Positions 38,701 through 48,850 of a stretch of 64,000 nt of DNA are shown piece by piece. A program made the translations under genes and the position numbers. The notes under the pieces are model-generated. The model searched no databases. It had not been told where the DNA came from and saw only the letters and a list, made by a program, of their open reading frames with translations. This DNA comes from Candidatus Latescibacterota bacterium. Lineage in GTDB: Bacteria; Latescibacterota; UBA2968. Numbering within the stretch: position 1 is the stretch's first letter; each line of letters starts with the position of its first letter. The stretch is from assembly GCA_965208125.1 (NCBI GenBank), contig OZ242320.1:2720001-2784000 (forward strand), written 5' to 3'.

Positions 38701-40151
38701 AGAATTACGAGTCTGTCATCGGCCTGGAAGTACACGCCCAACTTGCGACTACTACTAAAATTTTTTGTGAATGTAGTGCCGAATTTGGGGGGGATCCCAA
38801 TACCCATGTTTGTCCGGTGTGTTTGGGCTTGCCTGGCGCGCTTCCCGTGTTGAATCAAAATGTGGTTGAACTGGCGATGCGCATTGCGCTGGCCGCGGGT
38901 TGTACTATTCAACCACGCAGCCGTTTTTTGCGGAAGAATTATTTTTATCCCGATCTGCCCAAGGGGTATCAGATCTCGCAGTTTCAATCGAATGAAGAAA
39001 TGCCTCTGGCTACTGGTGGAGGTGTTGATGTGCCCACGGCTGACGGTGGTAGAAAGACAATTTGCCTTACGCGTATCCACATGGAAGAAGATGCTGGCAA
39101 GAGCATCCACCAGGAGGCTTTTGTGGCTGCAGGGGAGTCTCTCGTGGATGTCAATCGCTGTGGCGTGCCGCTTATCGAGATTGTGAGTGAGCCGGATCTT
39201 TCGACGCCGGAGGAAGTTTTTTACTATCTGACGAGTTTGCATCAGTTGCTGGTGTACACGGGGGTGTCCGAAGGCGATATGGAAAAAGGACATATGCGGA
39301 TTGATGCCAATGTGTCGATTCGGCCCGTTGGGGAAACACGACTTGGTACGAAGGTTGAGATCAAAAATGTCAATTCTTTTCGCAATTGCCAGCGCGCTAT
39401 TGAGTCCGAGATTCAGCGGCAGATTGATTTGCTTGAAACGGGTGGTGAAATTGAGCAGGCGACGATGCTCTATGATCCCGATCGCAATATTTTACGGGCT
39501 ATGCGTACAAAAGAGGAGTCGGACGATTATCGCTATTTTCCCGATCCGGATCTGGTTCCCCTTGTCGTAGATGATGCCTGGGTCGAGCGCGTTCAGAGCC
39601 AGATTCCAGAGCTGCCAGAGGCAAAACGCGCGCGGTTTGCAGAGGTTTACGATATTTCCGGCGATCAGATCGATGTGATCACTGCAGATCGAGATATTGC
39701 GGATTATTTTGAAGCCGCGGTTGCGGTGGGTGTGCAGAGCAGGCTTGCAGCCAATTGGATACAGGGCGATGTGATGCGCGTTCTCAATGATCGGAAGATC
39801 GCGATTGGCGATTTGCGCGTTTCAGCCGAATATCTCGCAGAATTGATTGGTTTGATTGATAAGGGTGATATTAGCACCAGTATCGCCAGGACGGTTTTTG
39901 ACGATATGGTGGAGACAGGTGATAGTCCTGCGGCTATTGTGGAGAAAAAGGGGCTTGTGCAGATTAGCGATGCGGGTGAACTCGATGGTGTGATCGATCA
40001 GATTATTGCGGATAATCCCGAGGAGGTTGAGCGGTTCAAAGGCGGGGACCAAAAGCTTATGGGTTTCTTTATGGGGCAGCTTATGAGAGCTACAAAGGGC
40101 CAGGCCAATCCCCAAAAAGCCAGTCAGTTGTTGCGGGAGAAATTGGGGTGA
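38697..40151 (+). CDS. gatB: Asp/Glu-tRNA amidotransferase subunit B
   Basis: [34 protein letters not shown] and [10 protein letters not shown] motifs. Confidence 0.98.
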   Translation: MKNYESVIGLEVHAQLATTTKIFCECSAEFGGDPNTHVCPVCLGLPGALPVLNQNVVELAMRIALAAGCTIQPRSRFLRKNYFYPDLPKGYQISQFQSNEEMPLATGGGVDVPTADGGRKTICLTRIHMEEDAGKSIHQEAFVAAGESLVDVNRCGVPLIEIVSEPDLSTPEEVFYYLTSLHQLLVYTGVSEGDMEKGHMRIDANVSIRPVGETRLGTKVEIKNVNSFRNCQRAIESEIQRQIDLLETGGEIEQATMLYDPDRNILRAMRTKEESDDYRYFPDPDLVPLVVDDAWVERVQSQIPELPEAKRARFAEVYDISGDQIDVITADRDIADYFEAAVAVGVQSRLAANWIQGDVMRVLNDRKIAIGDLRVSAEYLAELIGLIDKGDISTSIARTVFDDMVETGDSPAAIVEKKGLVQISDAGELDGVIDQIIADNPEEVERFKGGDQKLMGFFMGQLMRATKGQANPQKASQLLREKLG

Positions 40152-40172
40152 TGTAAATCGAACATCATCTCC

Positions 40173-41693
40173 TTAAGCCATTACTGGCGCACTCCGTCCC
40201 TCGCGCTCATATTTTTCCAACAAAGCCGTCAGTTCTGCTATCACTTCAGGATGTTCTTCATACACATTCGTGGTTTCTTCTTTGTCTGTTTCCATATCGT
40301 AGAGCTGTCCCTCAGTTTCAACTGTGCGGTCAGTCTGAGTCCCTCCCGACTCCTGTCCCAACACCAGCTTCCACTTGCCCTTCCTGATTGCGAACATCCC
40401 CTGACCTGAGTGATGGACCGTCGCCTCTCGAATCGGTTTTTCAATTTCTTCGCCCAATATCAATGGTAGTACATTATAGCTGTCCTCTCCTGCATCTTCA
40501 GGCAAATTCTCGCCCAACAGCGCCGCCACAGTCGCCAGCATATCCGTCATGCAAATCGTCTCATCACAAACTGTTCCCGCCGTCACTTGACCTGGCCAGC
40601 GTACCAAAAAAGGCACGCGGTGTCCGCCTTCATATATATCCGTTTTGTAACCAAAAAACTGCCCATTGCACCGATGGCTATACGTCAACTGTTTGCTTCC
40701 GCGCACATTGTGAATCCCTTCATCGATTCTATCCAACAATTGTTGTGAAGGCCAAATCTGACCATACCCATTGTCCGCCAATTTCTGTAACGCTTGCTCG
40801 GGATCGCCTGCAAGCCCGCCGTTATCACTTGAAAAGATCACCAGCGTGTTATCGAGCGCGCCGTGTTTTTCCAGTTCTCCCAACAAACGTCCGACAATAT
40901 CATCTAATTCTGCAACCTTATCACCTCTCAATCCCGCCTGACTTTTTCCGATCCACTTATGGGATGGCAAACACGGACGGTGGATCGCCGACGATGGAAA
41001 ATACAAAAAGAAAGGATCATTCTGCCGCTCTTCAAAATGCGTATTCAGCCACGCTTTTGCTTTGCTAAACAAGACCTGATCAATTTTCTCCGACGTATAA
41101 TCCGGCGACATCAATCCCACAGGCGATTCGGTATCATACACTGGCCACTTCCGCTCATCCGGTTCCAAAACTGCGCGATCATTTTCAATAAAACAATACG
41201 GCAACATATTGTTTGACGCGTTCAATCCAAAAAAATAATCAAACCCGTGATCCAGTGGGCTTCCTTTTAATGGTTTGGTAAAATCAATCGCGTCAATCTG
41301 ATGCGGTGTCCAGACCTCCGGATCAAACGTCTCGCCATCTTTTGCCTGCCACCCCAAACCCAGATGCCATTTGCCAACCGCTGCGGTCGCATATCCATGC
41401 GATTTTAAAAGCGACGCCAGTGTCATTCGTCCTTCGTCTATCAGGGGTTTCGAAAAGTGTGGCAACACGATCCTCTTTAACCAGGTGCGCCACGCATATC
41501 TTCCCGTCATCAATCCGTATCGCGTAGGCGAACACATCGCCGAGTTGGTATGTGCATCAGTAAACCGCATCCCTTCCGCTGCTATCCGATCCAGATTTGG
41601 TGTTGGAATCTTCGACCCGGGATTATTTGCTCGTACATCACCAAACCCGAGGTCATCTGCCAGAATAAAAACGATATTGGGTTTACTCATCAT
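40173..41693 (-). CDS. arylsulfatase A-family sulfatase
   Basis: PNIVFILADDLGFGD, CSPTR (formylglycine motif), GKWHLG and EGGHRVP. Confidence 0.95.
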   Translation of the reverse strand: MMSKPNIVFILADDLGFGDVRANNPGSKIPTPNLDRIAAEGMRFTDAHTNSAMCSPTRYGLMTGRYAWRTWLKRIVLPHFSKPLIDEGRMTLASLLKSHGYATAAVGKWHLGLGWQAKDGETFDPEVWTPHQIDAIDFTKPLKGSPLDHGFDYFFGLNASNNMLPYCFIENDRAVLEPDERKWPVYDTESPVGLMSPDYTSEKIDQVLFSKAKAWLNTHFEERQNDPFFLYFPSSAIHRPCLPSHKWIGKSQAGLRGDKVAELDDIVGRLLGELEKHGALDNTLVIFSSDNGGLAGDPEQALQKLADNGYGQIWPSQQLLDRIDEGIHNVRGSKQLTYSHRCNGQFFGYKTDIYEGGHRVPFLVRWPGQVTAGTVCDETICMTDMLATVAALLGENLPEDAGEDSYNVLPLILGEEIEKPIREATVHHSGQGMFAIRKGKWKLVLGQESGGTQTDRTVETEGQLYDMETDKEETTNVYEEHPEVIAELTALLEKYEREGRSAPVMA

Positions 41694-41704
41694 GATCTCC
41701 TTTC

Positions 41705-43063
41705 TCAGCCGCGCAACCAGGCACCTTCTGTGAATCTCTCGTCTAACCGATGGCTAAGTTTTTTTGCGATATCTGAGTTTTCATTAGCAATATTGTTCAG
41801 TTCATCTGGATCGTTTTCCAGGTCGTAAAGCTCATTGATATCGTTTTGGTTTTCGATCAGTTTGTGTGTTTTCGTGCGGATCAACCTGAAACGACCAATT
41901 TGGCTGACCGATTCTGTGCGGTGATCATCCGTCTCGCCTCTCAAGACGGGTCCCAGTGACTGCGCGTCGATATTTTCCTGTGGTGACAACCCGGCCCATT
42001 CGCAGATTGTCGCGTTGGTATCGATCAGTTCTACTGGTTCTGCCGATACTCTGCCCCCTTCAATGCCAGGTCCAGCCACGATAAGCGGCACGCGCAACGA
42101 AGCTTCATAGGGCATACTCTTGCCATAAAGTCCGTGGTCGCCGAGCATTTCACCGTGATCGCTGGTAAAAATAATGTACGTGTTGTCCATCATTCCGCGC
42201 TTTTCAACCGCGTCTAATATTTCGCCAATTTGAGCGTCAATGAGTTCGATGTACGCACAATATTGTCGTCGCGTCTCCAGGATCTCAGCCCCGGTTAGAC
42301 CTTTTCTGCTATTTTCAACATTTCTGGGTTTACCTTTGCTCGTTGCTGGGATCGGAGCTGGCATTTCGGCATTGCGATATCGTTCGGCATATTCGGTCGG
42401 GGGATCAAATGGGCTGTGTGGTCCCACAAAACTCACGAATAAATGCCAGGGGAAATCGTCTGGTATGTCTTCAATCCACTGCACAGATCGCTGTCCGATG
42501 TACGTATCTGCAAATGCTTCGGTCGGCAGTACCGAATCGTGACTTGTTCTGGGGCCACTTCGCGCTGAATAATCATCGACAAATGCATCGAGTAACCCTT
42601 TTTCTTTTAAAAAATGATTATAAGGTCCCTGGGGAATTCTGCCTCTGCCCGCATGGCTTTTGCCTTCAACTTCAACGGGATGCGTAAACCCCCACATATA
42701 CGTAGCTGGCCTATCTCCGTCGCGTCCATTGTACCCATCGGGTTTTGCCAGATCCAGTTTGCCCACGCATCCCACGTAGTAATTGTGATCGCGTAGCCGT
42801 TGGTAATACGTTGTGGCTGTGCGTGGCAGAAAATTGTTGTTACCAAGCGCTCCCAGGCGAACGGGTTGCAGGCCCGATGCTACCGCAATGCGAGATGGCG
42901 CGCAAACCGGGCAATTTGTCGTGCATTGTGTAAACTGAACACCGCACTCGGCCAGCCGATCCAGATTGGGCGTTTTGACAAAATCAGCGCCCATCGATCC
43001 CAGATAATCCCATCGGTGCTGATCGTCCATGATGTAAAGAATATTTGGTCGATTCTGAGACAT
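41705..43063 (-). CDS. sulfatase (choline-sulfatase-like)
   Basis: PNILYIMDDQHR, CAPSR and SDHGEMLGDHG motifs. Confidence 0.93.
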   Translation of the reverse strand: MSQNRPNILYIMDDQHRWDYLGSMGADFVKTPNLDRLAECGVQFTQCTTNCPVCAPSRIAVASGLQPVRLGALGNNNFLPRTATTYYQRLRDHNYYVGCVGKLDLAKPDGYNGRDGDRPATYMWGFTHPVEVEGKSHAGRGRIPQGPYNHFLKEKGLLDAFVDDYSARSGPRTSHDSVLPTEAFADTYIGQRSVQWIEDIPDDFPWHLFVSFVGPHSPFDPPTEYAERYRNAEMPAPIPATSKGKPRNVENSRKGLTGAEILETRRQYCAYIELIDAQIGEILDAVEKRGMMDNTYIIFTSDHGEMLGDHGLYGKSMPYEASLRVPLIVAGPGIEGGRVSAEPVELIDTNATICEWAGLSPQENIDAQSLGPVLRGETDDHRTESVSQIGRFRLIRTKTHKLIENQNDINELYDLENDPDELNNIANENSDIAKKLSHRLDERFTEGAWLRG

Positions 43064-43088
43064 AGGTTCTCCATTCTTTGATGTGTTT

Positions 43089-45002
43089 TCAGAGGTTGTT
43101 AAATTCTGATACGGTGTCCAGACTGAGGCCTCCGCGGATGAAGGTTTCCCAACTGTGTACGGGGAGTTCTTTTAAGATATCCAAAAGATTTTCCCGGTTG
43201 ATTTGAGAAATTTCTTCTGGGCTCAATTTGACCAGGCGAATCAGCGCGTCCATGGCGAATCCGACGTCGATGACATTTTTGTCGGTTCGGATAATGTCCT
43301 TTAAGGTTTCAGTTGTGGGTCCAAGTGCATTGCCGAGGATTTTGGTGCCGTGGGAACAGAGGATGACGATGGACCACAGGGCGTTTTCCCGGACGGCAGA
43401 GCGAACGGGCTCAAAGCGGTCGAGGCCAAAATCGACGCCACTGCCTTCGCAGACGTCGCAGTCGTCGGTTGGGCGGACAAATTTGATGCTTCGTTTTTGC
43501 GCTTTGTCCATGCTGGGGCGGTTTTTTTCTCGGCTGAGGCTTTGTAAGAGCGCATTGATGCAAGCGGGGATCAGATCAGTGCCTTTACCAGTAGCTACAG
43601 CACGGCGTCCCAAACAGCCCAGGGTTCCCGCAGCGACTGAGCGGACATAAACTGAGGAGTCGTTGTGTAAGCAGGTGGTAACTGCGTCGAGTACATCCTT
43701 TGTGAGATGGCTGGCGTCGCCCAGGCCATAGACGCCTGCTTTGCGAATCCATTTGATGGGTGATCGGGTTGCTTCGATGAGTGTGTCTGTCGCATCTGGT
43801 CCTAAGGCGATCAGGCCGTATGTGGCTGCGCGTCGCACATTTTCGCGGTCGGTGTAGAGCGCGCGTCCGAGGAATTTGGTGGCCAATGCCGGGTCGCCAA
43901 TTGAGGCGAGTTTGTAAGCTGCTCCAATTCGGATGGGTTCAGCTTCGTCATATTTGGCGTGGAGTTGTTCGAAAAGGGCTTTGGCTTCGCGCTCTTTTTG
44001 TTGGGGTGAAGCAGATTCTGATTCGGGACGCGGTGGCGGTGCCTGGCCGGTTTTGATCCAGTGATGATGATAGCGCCACACTTCGGTGGCATCGTCTGGT
44101 GCCTCAGAGAGGTTGACGCGGGTGATGGGGTCTATGCCGAGGTCGTTCATTGGTACAACGGTGGTTGACCCGTTGGGTGATGGATCAGTGGTGCGATAGA
44201 GCCAGAAGCGCCACATAAAGCGCGGGTTGTCTTCCCAGGTGCGCCAGTCATCGCGCCGGTGGTTGCCCCTGTGGAAGGTGTTGTGCGAGTAGATGATCAC
44301 GCTGCCTGCGCGGAGTGGCTCTGCTTCAAAGGGGAGTACGAGAGGCCATTGTGTGTCGGTGACGGCATCGCGCATGCGAATGTCGTGGGCGGTGCGCTGG
44401 TTGACGATGTCTTCGATATCGTATTTGGAGTTGGGACCACTGACGTGTTCGCTTTGCATGTCGAAGAAGTAGGCAAAATCGAGGTGGTCTGCGCCCGCAA
44501 AGTTGTCGTGGTTTTCTTCGTGGTTAAAGGTCCAATATTGTGAGTAGGGTATGGTTGCCGTGGGCCCCATTTCTGCGGTGACATCTTGAGGATAATACAG
44601 CATTTCCAGTTGGACGGCCTGATGGTGGCGCTGTTTTCGGCCGTTGTAGGGACCGTTGTCGTCTTTGTGCCAGTGTTGATCTCTGGGGCCACTGGTAAAG
44701 ACTGCGTTGTGGGTAAAGGGGACGATGGCCCAATTTTTACCTGCGAGCTGGTCACAGGCTGAGACGAGGCCGGGTGCGTTGAGGACTTCGAGTACGTCGG
44801 GGATGATGCCCGTTGTGACGCGTTTTTTCTCTTTTTTAGCCTTTTTTTCGAAGTCGTAAACGCGTTTGTGGATTTCAGCGGGGATGCCCAGGTCTTCGGG
44901 GGCGAGTATGACTATGCCCCGGCTTGCAAAATCTGTGACCAGACGGTCGGGTGTGGTATATGTGAGGGGGGTAAAATCAGATGTTCGGGCGCGGGAACTC
45001 AT
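43089..45002 (-). CDS. PhyH-like dioxygenase domain fused to HEAT repeats
   Basis: QHWHKD and AGSVIIYSHNTFHRG in the N-terminal half; VRRAATYGL, IRKAGVYGLG and VRSVAAGTLG repeats in the C-terminal half. Confidence 0.75.
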   Translation of the reverse strand: MSSRARTSDFTPLTYTTPDRLVTDFASRGIVILAPEDLGIPAEIHKRVYDFEKKAKKEKKRVTTGIIPDVLEVLNAPGLVSACDQLAGKNWAIVPFTHNAVFTSGPRDQHWHKDDNGPYNGRKQRHHQAVQLEMLYYPQDVTAEMGPTATIPYSQYWTFNHEENHDNFAGADHLDFAYFFDMQSEHVSGPNSKYDIEDIVNQRTAHDIRMRDAVTDTQWPLVLPFEAEPLRAGSVIIYSHNTFHRGNHRRDDWRTWEDNPRFMWRFWLYRTTDPSPNGSTTVVPMNDLGIDPITRVNLSEAPDDATEVWRYHHHWIKTGQAPPPRPESESASPQQKEREAKALFEQLHAKYDEAEPIRIGAAYKLASIGDPALATKFLGRALYTDRENVRRAATYGLIALGPDATDTLIEATRSPIKWIRKAGVYGLGDASHLTKDVLDAVTTCLHNDSSVYVRSVAAGTLGCLGRRAVATGKGTDLIPACINALLQSLSREKNRPSMDKAQKRSIKFVRPTDDCDVCEGSGVDFGLDRFEPVRSAVRENALWSIVILCSHGTKILGNALGPTTETLKDIIRTDKNVIDVGFAMDALIRLVKLSPEEISQINRENLLDILKELPVHSWETFIRGGLSLDTVSEFNNL

Positions 45003-45136
45003 GCTTCAGGTTCTCCTTTGGGATTGAGAGAGCGACTCAATAAGTTGATTTTTAGATTGTTTTCAGGTACTATGTCCGTTGGCTTTGTTATGATACAAAA
45101 ATTTTATGTTTGCGTAAACAGCGTATCAACTCTTAT

Positions 45137-45817
45137 ATGACAGCCCTTATTGTCTTTGTCAAAAATCCAATTCCCGGTGCGGTCAAGACCCGGTTGCAGA
45201 CGCGCTATGCACCCGATCAGGTTGCAGCCCTGTACACTGCGTTTGTGCGCGATGTGCTGGCGCGGGCCGAAAGTATTGATGTCGATCGACAGGTGATCGC
45301 TTTTGATCCGCCCGATGCAGAGTCCGAGGTTCGCGCGCTTTTTGGTGGGGGGGTGAAGGCTCTATGGGAGTACGTTCCCCAGGTGCAGGAGGACCTCGGT
45401 GCGCGTATGCGCGAAGCACTGGTTCAACAACTCGACGCTGGTGCGTCAGCAGCCGTTCTCATTGGTACGGATATCCCTTCTCTGCCAGCTCACCATATTA
45501 CACAGGCATTCGATCTGCTGCACACAGTGGATGTTGTTTTAGGTCCGAGTACAGATGGCGGATACTATCTCGTTGGTGTTTCAAAATCCATACCGGAGAT
45601 TTTCGAGGGTGTGGAATGGAGCACGTCCAGCGTTCTGTCGCAGACCATTGACCGCGTTCAGCGTGCTGGACATACGCTCGGTCTCGTTCCTCCCTGGTTT
45701 GATGTCGATACATCCGATGAATTCGATTTTCTTCTCGCCCATGCGCGCGCTACAATATTTGCTACAGGTATAGATCCCTTACCGCATACCCATGCCTGCT
45801 TGTCAAACTTGACTTGA
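45137..45817 (+). CDS. DUF2064 / TIGR04282-family glycosyltransferase-like protein
   Basis: FVKNPIPGAVKTRL, DLGARM, IGTDIP, GPSTDGGYYLVG and DVDT motifs. Confidence 0.9.
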   Translation: MTALIVFVKNPIPGAVKTRLQTRYAPDQVAALYTAFVRDVLARAESIDVDRQVIAFDPPDAESEVRALFGGGVKALWEYVPQVQEDLGARMREALVQQLDAGASAAVLIGTDIPSLPAHHITQAFDLLHTVDVVLGPSTDGGYYLVGVSKSIPEIFEGVEWSTSSVLSQTIDRVQRAGHTLGLVPPWFDVDTSDEFDFLLAHARATIFATGIDPLPHTHACLSNLT

Positions 45818-45854
45818 TCTTTTTGGGCGCGTATCTTGAATTTCCTCCAAAAGC

Positions 45855-45879
45855 GGGCGACCACAAGGGTCGCCCCTAC
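45855..45879 (-). repeat. canonical GTAG-type REP hairpin
   Basis: Minus strand GTAG-GGGCGACC-cttgt-GGTCGCCC. Confidence 0.9.
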
Positions 45880-45932
45880 AGGTGTATTGTCCTGCCTGAC
45901 GTTATGTAATACCCATAATCAAGAGGACTTAC

Positions 45933-46901
45933 ATGACCGTTCGCTATATTCTCGCGCTTTTTTTAGCCTTCTCGTGTCTGCATTCTGCAATTGCTCAGGA
46001 GCGCTACAAATTTGCTTTTGTCACGCATGGGGGACCGGGAAATCCATTCTGGAATGTGGTGATTAAGGGTATGGAAGATGCGGCCAGGCGCTATGATGTG
46101 GATGTGCAATGGTTGAGCAATCCCACCTTTTCAATTGCGGATATGCCCAATTTTCTCGATGATGCGATCGCAAATAAGGTTAATGGCATTGGTATTACGT
46201 GTCCGGATCCCGAAGCTATTCGGGAGAGCGTTGTGCGCGCACACGCGGCGGGTATTCCCATTATTGTGCTCAATACGGCAGATCCCAACGCGGGGGGAGA
46301 TAATGCATTGCCCACGCAATTTTACGTGGGTGCCAGCGAGTATCTCGGCGGTCAATCCAATGCAAGAGCTATTCTCGCTGAGGCAGAAAAGCGCGGTGTC
46401 TCGGTTCGGCGCGCGGTATGCCCTATCCAGGAACTCGGGCACAGTGGTCTCGAAGCGCGGTTTGCCGGATTTTCGAGTATTTTTCAGGAGAGAGGTATTG
46501 TTGTTGATGGCTTGACCATATCTAACGATGTTGAGCAGTCCGCAGGCTTGTTGCGCGACTATTTTCTCGGGCATCCCGAGACCAATGCCATCGCTACCCT
46601 GGGACCACTGCCAGCGGATGCTTTTTATCTTTTTGTTGAGGAAGAGAGAAAAAAAGCCGGGGAAATTTTGCATGTTACCCACGATACGAGTACGTCTATA
46701 TTTGACCATATTCGGAGGGGATATACGGTTCAGGCTGTTGATCAACAGCCCTATTTGCAGGGTTATCTGACTGTTTCTTTTTTGTATTTAAATAATGCTT
46801 ATGGTCTCACTCTCGCACAGGATGTGCTCACAGGTCCTTTCGCCATTAATGCATCAAATGTTGACCGCATTGCCAGATTAGTGGGTACAGGTCACAGATA
46901 G
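45933..46901 (+). CDS. sugar ABC transporter substrate-binding protein
   Basis: Signal peptide, FVTHGGPGNPFW and VDQQPYLQGY motifs. Confidence 0.92.
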   Translation: MTVRYILALFLAFSCLHSAIAQERYKFAFVTHGGPGNPFWNVVIKGMEDAARRYDVDVQWLSNPTFSIADMPNFLDDAIANKVNGIGITCPDPEAIRESVVRAHAAGIPIIVLNTADPNAGGDNALPTQFYVGASEYLGGQSNARAILAEAEKRGVSVRRAVCPIQELGHSGLEARFAGFSSIFQERGIVVDGLTISNDVEQSAGLLRDYFLGHPETNAIATLGPLPADAFYLFVEEERKKAGEILHVTHDTSTSIFDHIRRGYTVQAVDQQPYLQGYLTVSFLYLNNAYGLTLAQDVLTGPFAINASNVDRIARLVGTGHR

Positions 46902-46909
46902 GGTTTCTG

Positions 46910-48088
46910 TTGAAGACTTATGACGCTATTCGCACCCGCCTTGCGCGCTCTCCAGAAGCTGGCGCCGCAGCGGGTTTTTCCGTTATATTTTTGATCTTTG
47001 CACTTGCTACGCCAGATACATTTCTCTCCCATAGCGCGATTTCTTCCATTCTCAATAGTCAGGCTGTTCCGGGCATCCTCGCTATCGGTATTACGCTTTT
47101 GATGATTTCTGGAGAGTTTGACCTTTCAGTTGGTTCTATTCTGGGGGTGTCTTCTCTCGCATTTCTCTATGCTACCGTAAATGGTGTACCTGTTTTACTC
47201 GCGGCAGCAATTGGATTAATTGTCGGCGGTGTGCTCGGTTTGATCAACGGCTTGCTTCTGGTATCCACTGGCATTCCATCGTTTATTATTACGCTGGGGA
47301 CGATGCTCGCGTATCGCGCCATTCCTCTTACGGCTATTTCTGGCGGGCGCATTATTCGATATGCCGACTATTCGCGCGAGTCTCCAGTTCTCGAAGTGCC
47401 CGGTCTCGTGGTTTTTATTTTTACGCTTGTACTTTTTTTTCTCGTTCTGTGGATAGCGCGAGATATCTGGCGGGCGAGAAATCAATCCATAAAGTCCAAA
47501 ATCCTGGTTGCGACTGCGCTTCTTTTTGTTGCTTATCTCGTCATTGAGACACTTGCACCCCATCCTTTGATGCCGGTTAAAATTGACTTTTTTTATCTAC
47601 TCAACGGACGCATTGAACCTGGGAATTACCGCACTGGCATTCTGTGGTGGATAGGGCTTACTTCAGTTTTTGCAATCGCGTTGAGTCAAACGCGCTTTGG
47701 GAACGCTGTTTTTGCTACGGGGGGCAATGCCCAGGCGGCGCGTTTACAGGGCATTCGTATTGATCGTGTGCGCGTGACCAATTTTGTCATTTCGGGATTT
47801 CTCGCCGCACTCGCGGGTATTATTCAGGTCGCACGACTCAAGAGCGTCGATCCTCTGCGCGGTACGGGGCTGGAACTCGAGGTTATCGCTGCGGTCGTCA
47901 TTGGCGGGACGCTTCTGACAGGGGGTTATGGCAGTCTGATCGGTTCGGCTATAGGCACTGCGCTGACGGGTATGTTGCGCACGGGGCTTGTGCTTATGCA
48001 GGTCCCCTCGAATGCCTTTCGAGGTGCTATTGGCGCTATTATGATCGCGGCTGTTGTGATTAACAATTTTGTGCGGAAAGAACGCTGA
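46910..48088 (+). CDS. sugar ABC transporter permease
   Basis: MISGEFDLSVG, IPSFIITLG, ATGGNAQAA and ELEVIAAVVIGG motifs. Confidence 0.93.
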   Translation: MKTYDAIRTRLARSPEAGAAAGFSVIFLIFALATPDTFLSHSAISSILNSQAVPGILAIGITLLMISGEFDLSVGSILGVSSLAFLYATVNGVPVLLAAAIGLIVGGVLGLINGLLLVSTGIPSFIITLGTMLAYRAIPLTAISGGRIIRYADYSRESPVLEVPGLVVFIFTLVLFFLVLWIARDIWRARNQSIKSKILVATALLFVAYLVIETLAPHPLMPVKIDFFYLLNGRIEPGNYRTGILWWIGLTSVFAIALSQTRFGNAVFATGGNAQAARLQGIRIDRVRVTNFVISGFLAALAGIIQVARLKSVDPLRGTGLELEVIAAVVIGGTLLTGGYGSLIGSAIGTALTGMLRTGLVLMQVPSNAFRGAIGAIMIAAVVINNFVRKER

Positions 48089-48096
48089 GGCTGCAT

Positions 48097-48846
48097 GTGG
48101 CTTTGCTCGAACTGAAAAATATCGGTCGTCGCTTTGGGCATATTGTCGCGCTGAAAGGCATTGATTTCACGCTTGAGGATGGTGAAGTTCTCGCGCTTTT
48201 AGGCGATAATGGGGCGGGTAAATCTACGCTGATTAAGGTGATTACGGGTGTTTATCCGCCGAGCGAAGGCGATATGTATTTTGGAGGCGAGGTCATTCGA
48301 TTCCACTCGCCACAGGATGCTCGAGATCTGGGGATTGAGACTGTTTATCAGGACCTCGCGCTCGTGCCGAATATGAGCATTGCGCGCAATTTTTATCTGG
48401 GTAGAGAACTCGTCAAGCAGGTCGGTCCGTTTACGCTTTTCGATCAGGTAGCGATGGATGCAGGTGCGGCTGTGGCGCTGGGTGAGATAGGTATTCACAT
48501 TCGCAATGCTGGCGAATCCGTTGCCCGTCTTTCCGGTGGCGAGCGACAGTCGATTGCCATCGCTCGCGCCCTTCACTTTGGGTCTCGCGTGCTGATTCTC
48601 GATGAACCGACTTCTGCTCTTTCTGTTGGCGAAACGCGCAAGGTGCTGGGCTATATTGCGGCTGCTAAAGAAAAAGGATTGGGAGTTATTTTTATTACGC
48701 ATAATATTACCCATGTGTTTGAGGTTGCTGACCGGGCAACTATTCTCAGCCACGGCGAAAAAGTCGGCGATTTTCCGATCTGCGATGTCACGCAGGACGA
48801 TGTCGCAGCTATGGTGATGGGACAGGGTATTCCCGAACATCTTTAA
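48097..48846 (+). CDS. sugar ABC transporter ATP-binding protein
   Basis: GDNGAGKS, LSGGERQ and LDEPT motifs. Confidence 0.95.
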   Translation: MALLELKNIGRRFGHIVALKGIDFTLEDGEVLALLGDNGAGKSTLIKVITGVYPPSEGDMYFGGEVIRFHSPQDARDLGIETVYQDLALVPNMSIARNFYLGRELVKQVGPFTLFDQVAMDAGAAVALGEIGIHIRNAGESVARLSGGERQSIAIARALHFGSRVLILDEPTSALSVGETRKVLGYIAAAKEKGLGVIFITHNITHVFEVADRATILSHGEKVGDFPICDVTQDDVAAMVMGQGIPEHL

Positions 48847-48850
48847 TCTC

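Noticed and set aside
36985-40151. gatAB without an adjacent gatC as gene loss
   Set aside because: gatC is often encoded elsewhere; this cannot be judged from the window.
45137-45817. Arsenosugar biosynthesis locus
   Set aside because: Only the DUF2064 gene is present; no radical SAM, arsenite methyltransferase or partner glycosyltransferase is adjacent.
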